A stretch of DNA of 50,509 nt. Source: an uncultured archaeon. GTDB taxonomy: Archaea; Asgardarchaeota; Lokiarchaeia; Sigyniarchaeales; SOKP01. Below are positions 48,624 to 50,509 of this stretch, piece after piece. The DNA lies in assembly GCA_964525635.1 (NCBI GenBank), contig CAZGJX010000015.1, positions 1 through 50,509 on the forward strand, read 5' to 3'. The notes below the pieces were generated by a model. It made no database searches, was not told where the DNA came from, and saw nothing but the letters and a program-made list of their open reading frames with translations. The translations under genes were made by a program, and so were the position numbers. The first letter of the stretch is position 1, and each line of letters opens with the position of its first letter.

Positions 48624-49655
48624 ATGAAAAGTAATAAACCTAAAATATTGGGAAGTTTAGGGATGAGTTATTTAAAGAGAATTTTAAAATTATCAAATGG
48701 ACCTGTATTTGTTAGTTTATTTTTCACTCGAAAATGTAATTATAATTGCTCTTATTGCAATTCTAATAAAAATCAAAATAAAGTAGATTTATCATTAGAT
48801 CAGTGGAAAAACATAATAAATCAAATATATTACGAGGGTTGTCGATTCATTACTATATATGGAGGTGAACCAACCCTTCGATCAGATTTAGGAGAATTAA
48901 TAAAATATTGTATAGATTTGAATATTTTTACTCATGTAGTTACAAATGGTTCATTGCTAAACAATGACATGCTTGATGAACTAGTTTCATGTGGATATTT
49001 TACTCTTGGTATAAGTATTGATACTCTTTCAGACTGGCAAATAAGTCCTAAAAAATATCGACCAGAATTGATTAAAATACTTCAAAATAAAAAACACACC
49101 CACCCTCATAATATAGATTATAGTATACATATCGTAACAACTAATGAGAATATAAATGAACTCGTACCATTAATAATAAAGATTAATAATAATTTAGAAT
49201 GCAAATTCTCAATAGATCCTGTACATTCATCAAGATTATCTGATGAATCATATAAATACCGCGGTTTTTGTCCAGATCTATTGTTAAAAAAAGAAGATAT
49301 GCATAAATTGAGAAAAACTATTCAGAATTTAAAAAGACATGGTATTCAAATTTGGTCACCAAATATTTATTATCATTACATGAATAAATGGTATGAGAAA
49401 AGATACCATTGGGATTGTGATGCTGGTGATCTATATTATGCTATTGATAGTGATGGAACTATAATGTTATGTGAAGATGTTAGTACAAATATTCAATTTG
49501 AAGATTTCATCAATATGCCCTACAAAAAGAGAATTAGACTAATAAGAAAATTTAAATTTAAATATTGTGATTGTTTTAAACCATGTTATTGGAATCCAAC
49601 CAATTTTATTAAACATCCTATTAAAAATTTTATTTATCAGTTTAGATTCAGTTAA
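48624..49655 (+). CDS. Radical SAM protein with twitch-like C-terminal Cys domain
   Basis: 'CNYNCSYC', 'GGEPT', 'VTNG', 'CDAG...DGTIMLC', 'CDCFKPC'. Confidence 0.87.
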   Translation: MKSNKPKILGSLGMSYLKRILKLSNGPVFVSLFFTRKCNYNCSYCNSNKNQNKVDLSLDQWKNIINQIYYEGCRFITIYGGEPTLRSDLGELIKYCIDLNIFTHVVTNGSLLNNDMLDELVSCGYFTLGISIDTLSDWQISPKKYRPELIKILQNKKHTHPHNIDYSIHIVTTNENINELVPLIIKINNNLECKFSIDPVHSSRLSDESYKYRGFCPDLLLKKEDMHKLRKTIQNLKRHGIQIWSPNIYYHYMNKWYEKRYHWDCDAGDLYYAIDSDGTIMLCEDVSTNIQFEDFINMPYKKRIRLIRKFKFKYCDCFKPCYWNPTNFIKHPIKNFIYQFRFS

Positions 49656-49678
49656 ATTTTAAATCATTTTACTAAACC

Positions 49679-50461
49679 ATGCCATTTATAACTGTAAACA
49701 ATTTAAAAATTCATTATATTGATAATAATAAAAAAGATATACCTCTTTTATTTATACATGGATGGTTAGGGAATTTAAAAGAATGGATTTATCAATATTG
49801 TTTTTTTAATTCAAAACGACATATTATAATAGTAGATTTACCTGGATTTGGAGAATCCGATAAACCAAAAATAAAATATTCAACTGATTTTTTTACAAAG
49901 CAAATAACTGATTTTCTCAGAAAACTTGGATATAATGAAGTAATTCTAGTAGGACATTCCTTAGGTGGTATGATCGCTTTAAATATAACCATTCAAAACT
50001 TGAATTTAGTAAAGAAATTAATCTTAATTAGTACAAGTTCAACTTTTTCTCAAACAATTAAATTAAAGTTTTTATTATTTTGGTTGAATTTATTGTTTAG
50101 ATTCTTTTATAAATCATTATTAAGAAATATCATAAATCAAATAATTCCAAATGAAAAAAAAAAAAGAGAATATAATAAGCTTCATAAATATGCATTAAAA
50201 TTACCTAAATCAGTAGTTCGAACGACTTTTAAATATATGACATTAAATCATCATTTAAATATATATTTACATAAAATCTATCAACCAACTCTTATTATTC
50301 ATGGGAATAAGGATAAGATAATTACTAAATCGATGATTGAGAATTTGAGTAATTTACTTCAAAACTCAAGAACATATTTTATCAAGAATAGTTCACATAG
50401 GGTCATGATTGAAAATTACACACAAGTAAATAAAATAATAGATATTTTTGTTAATACTTGA
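49679..50461 (+). CDS. Alpha/beta hydrolase
   Basis: 'FIHGW', 'DLPGFGES', 'GHSLGG', 'IHGNKD', 'SHRV'. Confidence 0.9.
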   Translation: MPFITVNNLKIHYIDNNKKDIPLLFIHGWLGNLKEWIYQYCFFNSKRHIIIVDLPGFGESDKPKIKYSTDFFTKQITDFLRKLGYNEVILVGHSLGGMIALNITIQNLNLVKKLILISTSSTFSQTIKLKFLLFWLNLLFRFFYKSLLRNIINQIIPNEKKKREYNKLHKYALKLPKSVVRTTFKYMTLNHHLNIYLHKIYQPTLIIHGNKDKIITKSMIENLSNLLQNSRTYFIKNSSHRVMIENYTQVNKIIDIFVNT

Positions 50462-50509
50462 CTTTCAAAGTTATTTTATATAATGAGATGTAATTGACTC
50501 TAACTAAAG

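Noticed and set aside
3545-49655. Hopanoid-like set (deacetylase, GT2, B12-rSAM, nucleoside phosphorylase, HpnH-like rSAM)
   Set aside because: The genes are dispersed, belong to generic families, and no squalene-hopene cyclase is present.

Overview
Very AT-rich archaeal DNA, most consistent with Lokiarchaeia/Promethearchaeota (Asgard). Evidence: archaeal uL16/L10e, archaeal-type GluRS, a Loki-CTERM-like IPGY-TM-basic tail, and LRR proteins with an FWGHCSNLQAW domain. The main feature is an apparently undescribed Fe-S-rich biosynthetic cluster (about 8.7-23.0 kb, flanked by two further B12-radical SAM genes at 5.2-8.3 kb). It encodes a soluble ABBA-type (NphB/CloQ-like) aromatic prenyltransferase, three U32 (UbiU/UbiV/TrhP-like) proteins, four SPASM/twitch radical SAM enzymes in two paralog pairs and a TsrM-like B12 radical SAM. 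Two shared modules link these enzymes: a DUF2621/PCP_red-like helical domain in five proteins and an SCP2 lipid-carrier domain in three. By inference this is an O2-independent metabolon making a prenylated aromatic (quinone-like or meroterpenoid) lipid. Elsewhere: zinc-ribbon membrane paralogs, glycosyl/acyl transferases, an orphan LuxE, a decayed mobile-element-like cassette (ArdC, N4-C methylase), a 1613-aa LRR/SWIM protein, a truncated GluRS, several homopolymer frameshifts and two non-canonical starts. No tRNA, rRNA or CRISPR array was seen. Family calls come from motif recognition by eye, not database searches.
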